In this document: positions 11,701 to 24,500 of the stretch, in pieces
Layout of the letters: each line of letters opens with the position of its first letter
How positions within the stretch are numbered: the stretch's first letter is position 1
Assembly (NCBI GenBank): GCA_000708835.1
Contig: DF237156.1
Coordinates: forward strand, 1-41,420
DNA from: Klebsormidium nitens
Taxonomy: Eukaryota > Plantae > Klebsormidiophyceae
Direction: 5' to 3'
Length of the DNA: 41,420 nt
Notes under the pieces: model-generated
Told to the model about the DNA's origin: nothing
The model's input: the letters and a program-made list of their open reading frames with translations, nothing else
Database searches by the model: none
Translations under genes and position numbers: made by a program

Positions 11701-14700
11701 GCGAACCATCTCATGAGCGTTGGCTGCTACAACTATACCACCAGCTACCAACGAGTTCCGAGCCAATACCTGGATCAAATTGCCACCTCCTGCAACGGCT
11801 CTACCCGCGACTGCGGCCAATGCAGGCCGACATTCATAAGAGTCGCCAGGGAGCTTGCGAACACCAACGATGCAACCTACGTCACCAACTGCATACTCAC
11901 TCTAGGACTGCAGTTCTCTTCCTTGATGTCTGGCATCGAAGAGATTACTGCTTGGGAGAATTGCTACTATCGATTCCCACCCCCGTTGGCAATTCTACCT
12001 TTCATCTCCCCAAGCGCCGACCACGTCGTGAAGTGGGCTCTAGTGGGTGTACTCACTGCTGTTGGAGTGGTTGTCCTTCTTTTCGTCCTAGCAATTCTCG
12101 CTGTCAAGCGTTATCCTCTCCGCAAGGCTCGGTTTAACCATAAGCTGGCAACGCTCAGCCGCATATCGTCAATCAGCCTAAAAGCCTTACAGAAGCGGCT
12201 GCAAATATACAGCAAGAGGCAACTAGAGAAGGCGACTAAGAACTTTGATGAGAGCCAGCTTTTGGGCAGTGGGGCTTCCGGAAAAGTGTACGTTGGTGAG
12301 CTCGATGGAGAGGTGGTTGCAATCAAGGTAGCAATCATGAATGTCGGGAAGAACGGAGTGAAGGTGAGGCTGAACAGACGGTTGTAGTCCTTGTGTTTAA
12401 CGACGGTTGAATCCAATTCAGAAAAGCCTCTCTCTGCAGGGCACTGGTTTCTTTCAGGGCAGGCAATATGATCGAAAACGGAAAATGTTTGTGGAAGCAT
12501 TGACACGCCACCTCGCAATACGATTGAAAACGGGAATGTTGTGGGAGCTTGGAAATGACATCTCGAAGAATTAGAAAGGTGTTGTTCTTCCTCCCGCTCA
12601 TAGAACCCGCTTGCCCAGAATCTCAGCGCGGGTGCTTACAATCGTGCAGGAAGCTTGGAACGAAATTGCGACGCTAGCACAATACCGGCATCGTCACTTG
12701 GTGTTTCTTAAGGGTTGCTGCATCTCGGAACCCCACTGCAGGTGAGCGGTTCAAGTGCCTGAACTCATGTTGACACTACGTAGCAGAAGCAGTGATGTAT
12801 ATTGATTGGTCGAATTGAAAGCTCGCAAGCGAACGCTTCATCAAGCGATGCTTGTAAGCAGGACAGTCTCTTCGTCGAAATGATTGGTCAGGTCCTCAAT
12901 GTGCGGATTTCGCCTTCACGCTTCGTGTGAGCATCATCGACAGGCCTACAGATGGTGGGGTTTTGGACGAATTGTTGCTCAGGGCAACGGCTTTTCTTTG
13001 CATGCAGAGGCGCCCGTGCAAAGCCGGACGGCTTGCACATGCGTGTGCTCGTCACGTAAGCCCTTCAAAATGGCGGTCAATTGGAGACGGTTAAGTGCAG
13101 ATCTCTTTCTGCTCGATGATCTCTTTTGCAGCCTCGTCTACGAGTTCGTGGAGCAAGGCAGTCTGGAAGGCCATTTGTACCCGCAGCAGCCGAGGAGCGG
13201 TCTGGATCAAGCCCGCTTCCTGGACTGGCCAACTCGCGAGAAGATTGCACTCGGAACTGCTCGCGGGCTGATCTACCTTCACGATGTTAGTCATCCAAAA
13301 GCTGTTGAGTTTGTTATCCAAGTTCAGGCCTGGACAGAAAGCAGAATCAGCATCTCCACTATACGTTCACTAGATGCCACAAAGTTTCATGCTTGTGTGC
13401 TCACTTACGCCGCGCGTAGTGCTTTGTAATGGTTGAAGCAGGGTTTTGCATCTATTACTTTTTTGCCTGAACCTGGCAATGCACGAAGACTTCGCAAACA
13501 GTCAGGCTTTTATAATCTATTGTTCCGCGGTCGGGATAGAATAGTAGAAGCTGGTCAAAGGGCGCTTAGGAGTCTCGGGCTGTCAATTGAGCCTCACCTT
13601 TGTCTCCGAAGACTCAGGACGGTTTCGCTTCCAAACCCGGTTGAGTCCAGGAACCTCAGCGGCTTTCTTATTTAGCCAGTCTAATCTGGTTGAAGGGCGG
13701 CTAATCGTGGCTCACCAGGCTTAGTAAGTGACGGTTGCTTCCCAAAGAAACACAGATCCGGAATAAAGGAGATGCATGGAAGTTTCTTCAGCCGACCAAA
13801 ACACAACGACTCCGTCCCGATACTTTCGCGCTTCCGTGCTCCAGGACTGCAATCCACAGTGCATACACCGTGACGTGAAACCGAGCAACATCTTGCTCAC
13901 GGGCGACTTCGAAGCGAAGCTTTCTGACTTTGGCCTCGCAAAGATGGTGGATACGGACGCCACACACATCACGACTGGTGAGTAGCATACAGAGTCCCCT
14001 TGCACTTCTCAAAAAACCCCATTGCACTTTCCTCAGGGGCAAGTGAAACTCACAGATTTACTGTTCGGCGGCACAATGAAACTCGGATTCGCACAAACAA
14101 CGGTGAGAGTTACCGAAAGCAACTGAAGACACGAAACCAATCAATTTGCCCGGGCACGAAACAGGATGGGTTTCAAAACCTGACCGTGCGACATGTTTTG
14201 GAGCCATGCGGGAAAGGAAGTCCGGCACCAAGAATCTGCGTTAAGCAGGAAAAGCGAACAGCGGTCGGTTCAGTATGCCGTCTGCGTACTCTCGCAAAAG
14301 AACGTCGCAGCTCGGATGAGCCTTCTAATCTCGATCGATCAACATGTAAAGCACTTAACGAAAAAGCTGAGCAGGCAGCTCCCTGACTTTCTGCCAATGG
14401 AAGCTGTCTTTTTTGGGGTTAGTAAAGTTTCTAGGAGTCTATCCTTCCTACGAACATTGACCACAAAGTTTGTGTTTCCGCAGCGGTCGCGGGTACATCT
14501 GGCTATCTAAGCCCGGAGTACGTGGCTACCGGAAAGCTGACGGAAAAGAGTGACGTGTACAGCTTTGGGGTAGTACTGCTGACGTTGGTGGCAGGGAGGC
14601 GGCCCACCGTTCAGGGCGCTCCCCCAGACGAGGCAAGCGTTCCGCTCTAACTTTCTTCGCTCGTTCTGCTCTATCCGCTCATTCCGCTCATTCCGCTCGT

Positions 14701-15763
14701 TCCGCTCGACTCGTTCCGCCCATGCGCCACGACTATGCGCCGATTTGAAACGACACTAATCCCAATCCCATCCATGTTTCGACTCGGATCTGACGCACAA
14801 TTGTAGTCTGATCAGTGCTTGCGGCACCAGTGTAGCTGATTTTTCTGTTGCTCCTTATTGAGTCAGGTATTCTTGACGGAGTGGGCATGGTCGCTGGCCG
14901 AACGGAACGAGCTTGGATTGCTGGCCGACCGACGATTTTCATCGCAAGAACAAGAGGAGCATGCGGAAGGCATGGAGCGGATGACCCGGGTAAGCTACGT
15001 GGGGTCGTCTCGACCACACGGCGCCTTAATTTCCCCTAGGCACATGCCCAGAAATCTCCTTAGCATTAAAAAGGGTTTTGGATACAGCAAGACATTAATA
15101 AGATCTCAAATGGTTTCTCCAGTCGAGTGTCAACTGTTGATCGTTCAAAAGCAAAGTCGAGTGCAAACCTGCATTTTGTAAAGTGTAAAAGCCAGACGCC
15201 CCTGTCGAGGTAGCCTTCGGAGGTCCGCGCGAGCTTTTCGCGAGGTCCTTTGTCTGATCTGTTCTGTCGTCTGTGATTTGTTACCTCGTACTTTGGAGTT
15301 ATCTTGACGTCGAGTCCGGCCGCCGATCGTGGACGCTCTTGAATGTCACAAAATAACCTCCAGTGTCGTCCTTTCGGATGCCCGGGGTTCCAGACAGTCC
15401 GTAACCCGATTGGTAACCGAGGAGGTTCCACCTCAAGCTTTGTTTACCCTGCTCATCGTGTTTTTTGTCGAGATCGAGTCCTCAATTAATCCTGAGACGC
15501 ATCCAATCACGCATTCTTCCGGACCGCAGATTGGCCTGCTGTGCGTCCACATCACCATCAGCATCCGGCCCAGCATGCAGCAGTGCGCGAACATGCTCTT
15601 GCGGTTCACGGACGTGCCCCGGCTTCCACGGCGCCCCATGACCCTCTACACCATCTCGTCACTCGCATCTTCCGCCGAGTCGAGCAGCGCCACGATAATC
15701 TCGTCGTGGCAAAGAAGCTCGGATCGGACGCTCGGATTGGTGGAAACAGGCTCCTCTGCCTGA
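8701..15763 (+). CDS. Receptor-like Ser/Thr kinase (RLK/Pelle) with two tandem SPARK-type Cys-rich ectodomains, TM helix and RD kinase; 5' end (signal-peptide exon) unresolved
   Basis: Hand-built exon chain: 8701-8796, 9228-9373, 9826-9979, 10414-10542, 10822-11090, 11605-12363, 12650-12741, 13132-13285, 13845-13977, 14484-14632, 14867-14989, 15530-15763. All introns end in AG and start with GT, except 14633 (GC). Phases are consistent at every junction. Total is 2438 nt = 2 + 812 codons including the stop, with no internal stop. Kinase motifs: [65 protein letters not shown]. Confidence 0.92.
8736..10889 (+). other. SPARK-type domain 1 (12 Cys, split over 5 exons)
   Basis: Spliced translation: [102 protein letters not shown]. 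The pattern C-C-CC-C-C-C-C-CxxC-C-C matches RKF3/URK-2-type ectodomains as I recall them. Most of it is absent from the ORF track. Confidence 0.8.
10932..11964 (+). other. SPARK-type domain 2 (12 Cys)
   Basis: [45 protein letters not shown]|[42 protein letters not shown]. Same cysteine order as domain 1, with several N-x-S/T glycosylation sequons. Confidence 0.85.
12034..12106 (+). other. Single transmembrane helix of the RLK
   Basis: [24 protein letters not shown] followed by the basic stretch KRYPLRKAR (positive-inside). Confidence 0.9.
14633..14866 (+). other. Probable GC-AG intron in the kinase gene
   Basis: The exon ends GAG|GCAAGC, a strong donor consensus apart from GC, and joins in frame to VFLTEWAW at 14867. 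An in-frame but poor GT (GTTCCG, 14639) is an alternative donor. Confidence 0.6.
14674..14709 (+). repeat. 9-bp tandem repeat (TCCGCTCRT) x4 with degenerate flanks, intronic
   Basis: tccgctcat tccgctcat tccgctcgt tccgctcga; related copies occur across 14641-14720. Confidence 0.85.
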
Positions 15764-17708
15764 TATAAGGTTCACAATTATCGTGGGGGGGATATAGTAG
15801 CGTTGTAACTCTTGCAATAAGAGTACATTTTTGAATTAGTCAAAGTGAAAATGGGTTCGAATAGTCAATGGTGTAACGGCCAAAAGCCCTTTTTAAACGG
15901 TTTTTAGTGCTAGCTTCCAATGACCGAGCTGAGCATAGTGTTGGTATCGAACATGGTTTGCTCAGAGCCACGGCTGCAGTCAAAGTAGGTCATATAATTA
16001 AGAGGGTTAACCCATAGACAAAGTACCCCGAAGAACACCAGAGAGTGCTTTGCACAAGTAGAGGTTGCCTTTATCAGTCGCTCGGACTTTCCGGCGCGGC
16101 GGCAGCAAGACGTTGGCTCGAGGCCCACTTACGGTCCATCAGAGTTACGCGATCATGATCCTCATTACCACATCAGCTCTTAGCTAGCCCAATCACGTCA
16201 TGAAGCAACCGCGCGCAGCCACGGATTGCACCGCCCGGACTTGGCGGCTTGCTCCGACGGCGATCACGCGACCAGACAATTATGTGTTGAGCAGAACTCG
16301 GAAGAAGGGTCCCCGTCATGCATGCACAGTTGCTGCACGCAGGGCGCGGTTGCGGCTCGGTCAGACTGAGATGGAAGTCTACCGCGGAACCCTTAGAGCT
16401 TGTATATGTTCCCACTTTTCGGCCTTCCTCATGATTAGCTTTCAAAGAACGGATCAGCACCTGCAATTCCCTAGCCGGCACATTCCACAGCACGACTTGA
16501 TATGTGCATCTGGAAACAATCGGTCATCATTCCATCATCGACCATAGATGTGCTGTCGTCCGAAGCGTGTTGCCGGTTCCACCCATGACCTCCCGTCCTC
16601 CTGTGCTCGATGCGCGATGCGATCGGCCACTCTTGAACGCGACCGTTCCCCGGTTCCGTGAGAACCAAGCCCGGCGGTCGAGCAGGCGGCCAAGAGACCT
16701 GCGCCGCGAGCTACAATTTCGACTGGGTTCTCTGTGGTACAATAAGCGGCAACAAGTGTGCATCAGGCGTGAACAAACGGTACCCATTGGAAGATAGATT
16801 GTCGGAAATTTGCCGCCTGGATTTCATGGGGTTTACGGAGACAAGTGAAGCTGGTCCCTCAATTCTGGTAAAAGTGGGCTTGCCGCGCGCGGGGGAAACA
16901 GGTACACTTAAAGTGCACACCAAGTCCGCAAGTTTGTACCGCTAAACGGTTTATTTTGACTCAATAGGGCAAGCACACTTTGAAAAAGGAATCTGGTGCA
17001 GCTCCATCGCCCACAGCCATTGCCCGCTGCGCAAACAGAAGGTTGATTCAACGCAAGCCGTGATTTTGCAAGGATAGCAGCCGTCAGCAGGGTAAATATG
17101 CCCTACTCTAGATCTGCGAACAGGCTGGCTCGACAATTTTTGTTTGCTGCCGTTTGCGACGTCAGGACATTGCCAGAGCTCGGGCGTCACTCCCCGGAAG
17201 CCAAGCGACTTTCCATCTTCGTCAACACAACTCTGATCTCCAAGGGATTCCGAGACTACTCTATCTCAATCACGAGACGCAGGATTTCAAACGCCTGCTA
17301 TCCTGATTGCGTCAGTCGCATTCCCGTACCGGAGAAGAAGCCTGGGGAGCTGTAATGCCCCGACAAGTCCAGCGCTTTCTGGCGGCTACAAACAGACGTG
17401 GACTATTGTTTGACGGTTACTTGACGATGTATCTTCACTGCTCTTAATTCCTCGTTAACGTTGCCCCCGCATCGCGCGGCAGACCACAAATTGGAGTTGT
17501 TCGGTTGCACGGCGGGGTAGCTCTTTCAGGCACGTAGCCTGCCTACTTGCGCCCGCGGCCGAAGCCCGGCCGCGCGGCATAACAGGGCGTACCTCAAACG
17601 AATTTCCGGGCGATCCAAAATTGAAGGTTTGGATGTTAGCTCGAGAATGGGGTGGCTAGAAAAGGGATGCAAGCGAGCCATCGCAAGTCAATGCGGCGTT
17701 AACGTACG

Positions 17709-18674
17709 TTACAATCTTTGATCATCAAATGAGGACCAGAAGAGTTGCAAAAAGGAAACAGCAACCACCGTAGAGCTCGCAGAACTAGCACTGGCGCGCA
17801 CAGGAACATCGCGCGCTCGCGCACCTACGAGGCGCCCGCATCCATCTCGTGATTCAAAGCTCCTCCAGTGAGTTTGACATCCACAGCTCGGTCCATCGAG
17901 ACAGCTTCGAATCAGCTTTAGAGCAATTTGGAAAGTGACTCGCAAGCGAATCCTGCCGCCTCTTTTCTCAAGACGACAAAATGAGCGACGTACCGAAACC
18001 GCAATCTTGTAGACCTGGCCTCGCAAACGCGTGTCTGACGACTGTGCAATGGCATACACTACTGGGCTCGTTACCCATAAGAGCGTCATCATTGCCGAAA
18101 TACGAATCAACTCGTACGCATGAAAACGACTCGGGCATCCAAGAAGGAGGAAAGCAAAGAGTTCCTTATTTGTCAATCTGGAAGTCCTCAAAGTCTTTTT
18201 CTCAGTTCGTCAATCAGCAGTGACCCTGATGAAGGAATCCGACTTAATGGTATCATGATTACAAACCGTACAACGTGGAATCATTGATTGGAGGCTTGCA
18301 AGTTTCCTTTCTCAAGGTGTGAGGAGTTGTCGCATAAGTAATGAAGTCACATAGGAGACAGGCCGTGTAAGGCACGAACTCACGTTCTTATGGCGAGCAA
18401 CGCCACTGTCTTGTTCCAGCAGTTCTATGTCGGGCAGAGTCCGAGTCCCTTCTGCATTTGGCAAGCATCGGAACACTCCAGAATACTTTGACTGGGACGT
18501 TAGGCTTGCTTTCCTCACCGCCAGCTTCTCATGCAACCCCTTCGGACGTTTATCCAGGTTGGACGTAGTACTCCCATGAAATACCACCTCAAAGGCAGTT
18601 TTACAAACCAACGTGCAAAACGGATCAAGAAAACCCAAACATGTAAGCAGCAATTCTTTGAAATTTGAGTGCAG
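17709..18674 (-). pseudogene. Decayed intronless ORF of unknown family (about 320 codons)
   Basis: ORFs 17709-18191 and 18312-18653 are in one frame with only two internal stops (18210, 18312). Strand is uncertain, because it could be the antisense shadow of a decayed + strand gene. Confidence 0.4.
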
Positions 18675-21394
18675 CTAAGTGACGGTCACTCTGGGCTTAC
18701 TCTGGACTTACCATTCCCTGTCTGCGCTTGTCGCACGCATTTGTGACCCGTGATCAGAAGCGAGCGGTATTGGTTTGCTCACCGATCGAATAGAATGTAC
18801 GAGTAGAGAATGCGGCCTCAGCAGCAACAGTCGTTGCGTTTTGTACTGAGAAGGGACGAAAGTTAAGTGTTTGCTCATCGAGTCTCGTTCTTCAATGCCA
18901 CCTCATTACAACAATTCGTTTGATTTTAGCGCAGATTTTTCAGTACAGCCCTAGCTCAGCCCACAAAGTCGGGGGACTGAAAGTCGTAAAAGTAGACGCA
19001 GAGCAGGATGTACGGTTGTTCCTAAATCTGCTACAAACAATAGTCACGGTGCTTCGTGGAGAAACTGACGGCAATCCCCAAAGGGCTTACGGCAAACCGC
19101 TTTCCTTCTGACGGCCATTCGTGTGAGCTCTCATAGACCATCTTACGCATCTGAACTCGTACTGGACGAAGCAAATGAGGATCACTTGGTTGGTAGAGAG
19201 CACAGGTGTCATGTAGCAGGACTATATATATTCGATCGAAGCTCGTGACATATGTGTTGCCTAAAAGCAAACTCGAAACTTGGCGTCACGTCTTGGACCC
19301 GTATCCATTCATTGCAAACCGGTGCGTAGGATATCGAACAAGACGTGTAATACTTGACATTGTAGTACGTCCACTGCAAAATCTGACAGCAATACTAGAG
19401 GGCTAGCTAATCTAATTACCACCTTTCACAGGGCAGCAAGGAGTGACCCGTACCCACCTCCAGTTCTATGCAAGGCATGACTCGGTCGTCAAAGTGAAAA
19501 CCAGGATCGCGCGTGCGCGCTGCCCACTTAGACCGGCTTCTGAACGAACCGATTGCCTTAATTTCCCCTTTTGACGATTCCAACTTTTCACAAAGCGGAC
19601 AAGTAGAGAAAGCACGAAGAAGTCGGCGTCAGATACGTGCACGATCTCTTCTGAGTTCCAGCCGACTCAAATGATGGTGTCATCTTGGCCTACTGAGCAC
19701 TACTTCGCTGCCGTCAGCTGAACTCCGCCCATTGGGCGGCTGACTAAAAGGATGACATAACTCCGCACGTGAGTCGAAAGCCAGTCGGCCGGAGAAACAT
19801 CGGTAATGACCCATTGATTTCAGGCACGATCCTTGTAATTGTACTGAAAAACGGCCATAAAAAAAGCCCCAGTCGTCGAGCCTCAAGCAGCGAGAGAGAC
19901 GATGACCGTTTGCAGTCATCACAGCCAACAATGATCATATCATAGGCACGCTTTGACTTTTAGGCTTGGGAAAGGATTTAGAGCGCTTGACCAAGGACCC
20001 AATCTAATCATACGCGATCAAGGACCCGAAAAGAAACTGAACGGCTCTATCAAGCACCCATTTAGCGTGGGGATCCAAATTTTGGTGTTGTACTCCAAGC
20101 GTCAATCTGACGTGCACCTTTTCAGGCCTCGTCAGAGAATCACACATGGCCCGGGGCCTGATCAGCCCGTCTCTTCATACCAAACGTTAAGTCGATCTGC
20201 GAAAGAAACTCTGGAAGGATCGTCAAAATTGTTATGGGAACGACCAGAAAGCGATGCAAAAGCAGCAGCAGGTTTGCTGCGCACTTGTAGAACTGGACAT
20301 AAATGGCGAATTCGTTCTCGCTTGGTCGGCTTCTCGGCTGGGCTGCGATCGAGTCTCAGATTTTTGTATTGGTCAAACAAGACCTAGCTCTCCCTCCGAC
20401 CAGAGCATTAAAGCTAATGGCAATCGAACCGCCAAACAATTGCAAGACGTCAATGCTCCGCTGAGTGGGTTCCTGGTTGACGCGAAGCCATGCGCTGATG
20501 CGCACAGTCCAAATTCCAGCCTTAATTTCATTCACGATTAAGAGACAGGCTCAGATTTTCTCCCACAGAGTATGAATAGTGAGCCGCAGAGCAGCTATGG
20601 CGTCCGATCCAAGACGAGCTACTGCGTACTCCTGGTCAAGCGCGACCCAGTACAGGCCCGAAACTTCTTTCTTGCCTGCGAACACGTACTACGCCCATGT
20701 CAAGATAAGTCGGTATAATGAGTGACTCTTGACATGGGCTTTTGGTTCTTGAGATCCGACGGCCTCGCCTGGCCCATGAAGGGCTCACTTATGTCGAGTA
20801 GACTGTGCAATTTTGCCTTACGAGCCTCAAATTTTGTGTCGCTATGCTTATGATCAATGAGAATTATGAAATGCAGGCGGTTCGATTACGAGCGACCAAG
20901 TCTGTCCGCAATCAAAGCAGATATTGAAACAGCGCATGAAAGGCCAAGACGACGTTCTTACGATTTAGCCTTCGCTTTTCTCAAAGTGACCTCGTTTTTG
21001 GGAGATGACCGTGGATCTTCGAAGAGCAGAATAGCGGGAAGTGTGATAAAGCTGAGAAGGTCGATTGGATCGTCGCGCCGATCAACATGCTGGAAGTCAA
21101 ATAGGGTGCCGGCCCGCTCAAGATGTTTTGAAGGACGAGATTGTGATCTAGTTTGACCTCAGACGACTGCTAACATGGGTTCTCAACATGCGCCTCAGCC
21201 AATGAGCGTCCTGTGATCGGACGTCCTTTCACCACCTAGATTCGGAACCTGACTGCATGGTACGTATAAACAGCCTGTTTCCCAGGCGCCGGCCCGGCTA
21301 GCCGGTTGATTTCAAAACGCGTAATTTGGCATCTGGCGACCCAGTGCGCCGCTTCGGACTTCCTGCACCTCTCCCCGTGCACGTCCGCATCAAC

Positions 21395-21550
21395 ATCGTC
21401 CCGCGCGCGCGCGCACAGTGCGGCGCCGCGCCTTGCGCTACAGCTGCCACGTGTTACGCCAAGTACGCGCGCGAGGCGCGCGTAGGCCATATGGGCCCAA
21501 CTCAGTCGCCGCGGCCGCTTTCCGGCCGCGTTTGCGCGATCGCGCGCTCT
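21395..21550. promoter_or_regulatory. CGCG-rich island (candidate regulatory island)
   Basis: cgcgcgcgcgcgc run, GCGGCCGC at 21511, and TGGGCCCA (site II/TCP-like) at about 21492. Confidence 0.35.
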
Positions 21551-24500
21551 AGACAAGTCGTACTAGAACCAGAGCCAGCCTTGCGCAGCTTCTCATGCAA
21601 CAAACCATGAAATGACTCCAGCAGCTGGAGGAAGAGCACCGTAAACAAGCTTCTCTATCCGCACGAGAGAAGCGGCAAAGATCGTACTCTGCCCGTTAAA
21701 AGAACAGTTTGAGTATCAGGATCTCGGCTTCGTAGAGAGACGGTTCTTTGCCACGGTTCCATAAATAAAAGACATGCTTTTTGCAGGGACGGGCAGAAAA
21801 AGATCGGCTGCAAACGAATGCACGCGCCATGCCGCCGGCACTCTTCCACTTTTCAGTAGCGGACTCCGTCACAGGCGGGCGGTCCCTGTGTCGAGATGCA
21901 GGCGGCCGGTCAACTTGCTGCGCCGACAAACTTTTAGACAATACGTCAATTCTTTAGCATGTGAAAGTACGTGTTTCACAACAATAAATCTGTGTCAAAG
22001 TTGCGAATGTCTGTTTGGGTTCCTGGCCAAAAGCTAGCCGTTGAGTCACGGGTGCGCGCGGCGGTCAGAGTAGAAGCCAATGATCTGTATCTGCAGTGAC
22101 TTGCTAAAAGTCGGCAGATTTCACTTCACTGCCTTCTCTAAATTTTCAAAGCGCTTTCAGATTCTTCAAAGGTCTAATAAAAACAAGAGCAGTTTGCCCA
22201 CGGCACCGATCTTCGAGAGGGCTGGTAACTTTGATAGAATGGTTGTCTTTGGTGTATATAAAAAGGAGAACGTATGTTGTGCACTTTGAAAGATTGTTAA
22301 AACGAAGGCTGCAAGCAAAGCTGGCATCGTTCTTCACCTTGAGCACTGACTCGCAGTCAAGCGCCTCCTTCCGGAATCATTGCCAGGAATGAGAAATTGT
22401 ATTGCGGCTGGAGAAGATTTCTCGTATACTTAGTCGCCTGACTCGGTAACGACTAAGTACTGCGGAAATTGCCCATCATTCAGTTTCACCCCTCAAGCAA
22501 AGCAAGGCCAAGGCTTGTGTCGTAGCATCAAGCCACCGCAGGCTCGTAAATTTTGATTTAATCCCCACGTCGTCTTTATGCGGTCTTGTATGTAACTACA
22601 CACAAAGAACCGTATCGTTTGGCATCTGCAGGCGCTTGTTAGTGCGTGGGCCTTGCGGCCCATGAACAAGCACTCTCTCTGCATCATGGCCATCTGAGCA
22701 CCATCAAGCGGAGGAAGCAACATCAAAGAAACACCGTTGTTGCAACCTACCCTGCCCAAAGCCAAATTGAGCTGGGGCCTTTGACTCCTTCAATGTTTGG
22801 TGCGCGGAACGTTAACGGTGAGATTACACTTCAATACTTAAGCAGTGTCCTACGATATTGAATGAGATCTCGTTTGTACTACGATGATGCATGGCAACCG
22901 GGGTCGGCCACGTGTCCCGTGACCCGTGACCCAAAGTGCAACTGTCCTCAAGGCTTGTCCAGCCTGAGCCCCGAATCTGAACTCTTGCACAGTGATAGAT
23001 CAGTGTAACGATGTGAAAAGGGGCCCTAGCTGCCAGTCCAGCGGCTCTGATCCGACCGGAGCCTCTCGGGGCAATGCAGCTTTTCGGGCTTCCTCCTGCA
23101 ATAAAATCAGGGACATTGCAAGCTAGTATGCATAGCACGCGGCCGATCTTGCGCTTCGGTGTGTCTCGAGGATAAACACTTCTTGTCGACCCTCCTTAAT
23201 TAGGTTGCGGTGGCGATTAAATCGTAGATTCGCTTGGCTTCCGGACTAGACCAAGCTGTCTCAGAGAGGATTTGATGTCACCATAGCAGCAACTTGCCTT
23301 CTTGAAGTTCGTCCTGGACTGCCTTGTAGTCGGAGTCAGAATTGTTCGATATGTAAGAGCGCCACCACGCCACAGATCCCTTCGAGGCACTGCCGGTTGT
23401 TGACGTTGATCATGTATTTTGTCGATCACTCTGATTATGTGGACCCATGAGCTACGCTTCGTCCATTGATATGTATCATTGGTGGATTTTTGCATTTGAA
23501 GTGCCGTGAAGAAATAATTTCTGTGAGAAAATATTGATTTGTCTCACGGATTGTGGCGTAAAGCGACAGGTTGCGCCTGATGCCGCTCTCTTTCCGTTTC
23601 CACCAGTCGTTTGATTGAGCAGCCCACATGCTTCGCTTTCCTGTTTGGACGTCATCTGAAGGTGACATCTCGTCGCAAGACTTCACTAAAATTGGCTCGC
23701 TCTCAAGGCGAGACACATTGAACAATCGTCTTTGAAGAAGACTGCGCGAAAGATGGACACATATCAAAAACATCAGGACGCCACTTCGATCTGCACAGAG
23801 GTATCTAACTGAGCGGGGCCGCTTTCTGGTTGTCAGACAGCAGATATCGCATGGGGTTTGAAAGCCGCAAACCGCAGACAAGTACGAGCAGTCAAAGAGC
23901 ATACTCACGAAGACTTGTGCGAGCGTCCGATGGCAATAAGAAATTTGAAGCTCCACTCCTTGTTGAGATAAAATTCCGTACGTTCCAGACGGCCGTACTA
24001 TGGAAAGGATAAGAAGACTTCTTCAACAGGTCCACTTACGGCTGTAGCAGCCATCCTAACACACGCAAGAAGGAGCCCAGCTTAGCATCACACGTCGGAG
24101 AAGTCCCTGGGACCTGGTGACCAAGAAAGTCACGCCCGTCACTGCCAGGGTGGCTGGAAGAGAGCATCCGCACATTCGCCTGGGTGTCAAAAGGAGAGAG
24201 CTAGCCGGCATTTTGTCAGGCTGCCGGCTCCGTCAGATTGCAGAGATTCGAAGGACTCATGTATACCTGAAGGTTGCCCGCAAGTTGCGGCTTTCATTTA
24301 CTACATTGGGCGACCCAAAAGTTCTTCACTCAGACCAAAGGAATTGGAAGGGAAGACCTCGGTTGACCCAGCTCACTCTTCCACACGCGCGCGCGCGGCT
24401 GCTCGCTGTCGCGGGCGCGCAGGCGGGCACTGTGCGTGCAGGGCGCGGCCCCCGTCGGTCGGCGGCGCTTGCATGCTGCTCATACCGGCGCCGCTATCAA

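Noticed and set aside
15067-15895. Imperfect ~15-bp inverted pair (TAAAAAGGGTTTTGG / CCAAAAGCCCTTTTTA) flanking the last RLK exon
   Set aside because: Low complexity and imperfect, with no TSD; likely chance.
22427-22459. 10-bp stem hairpin as a Helitron 3' end
   Set aside because: No CTRR terminus at the expected distance and no other Helitron features.
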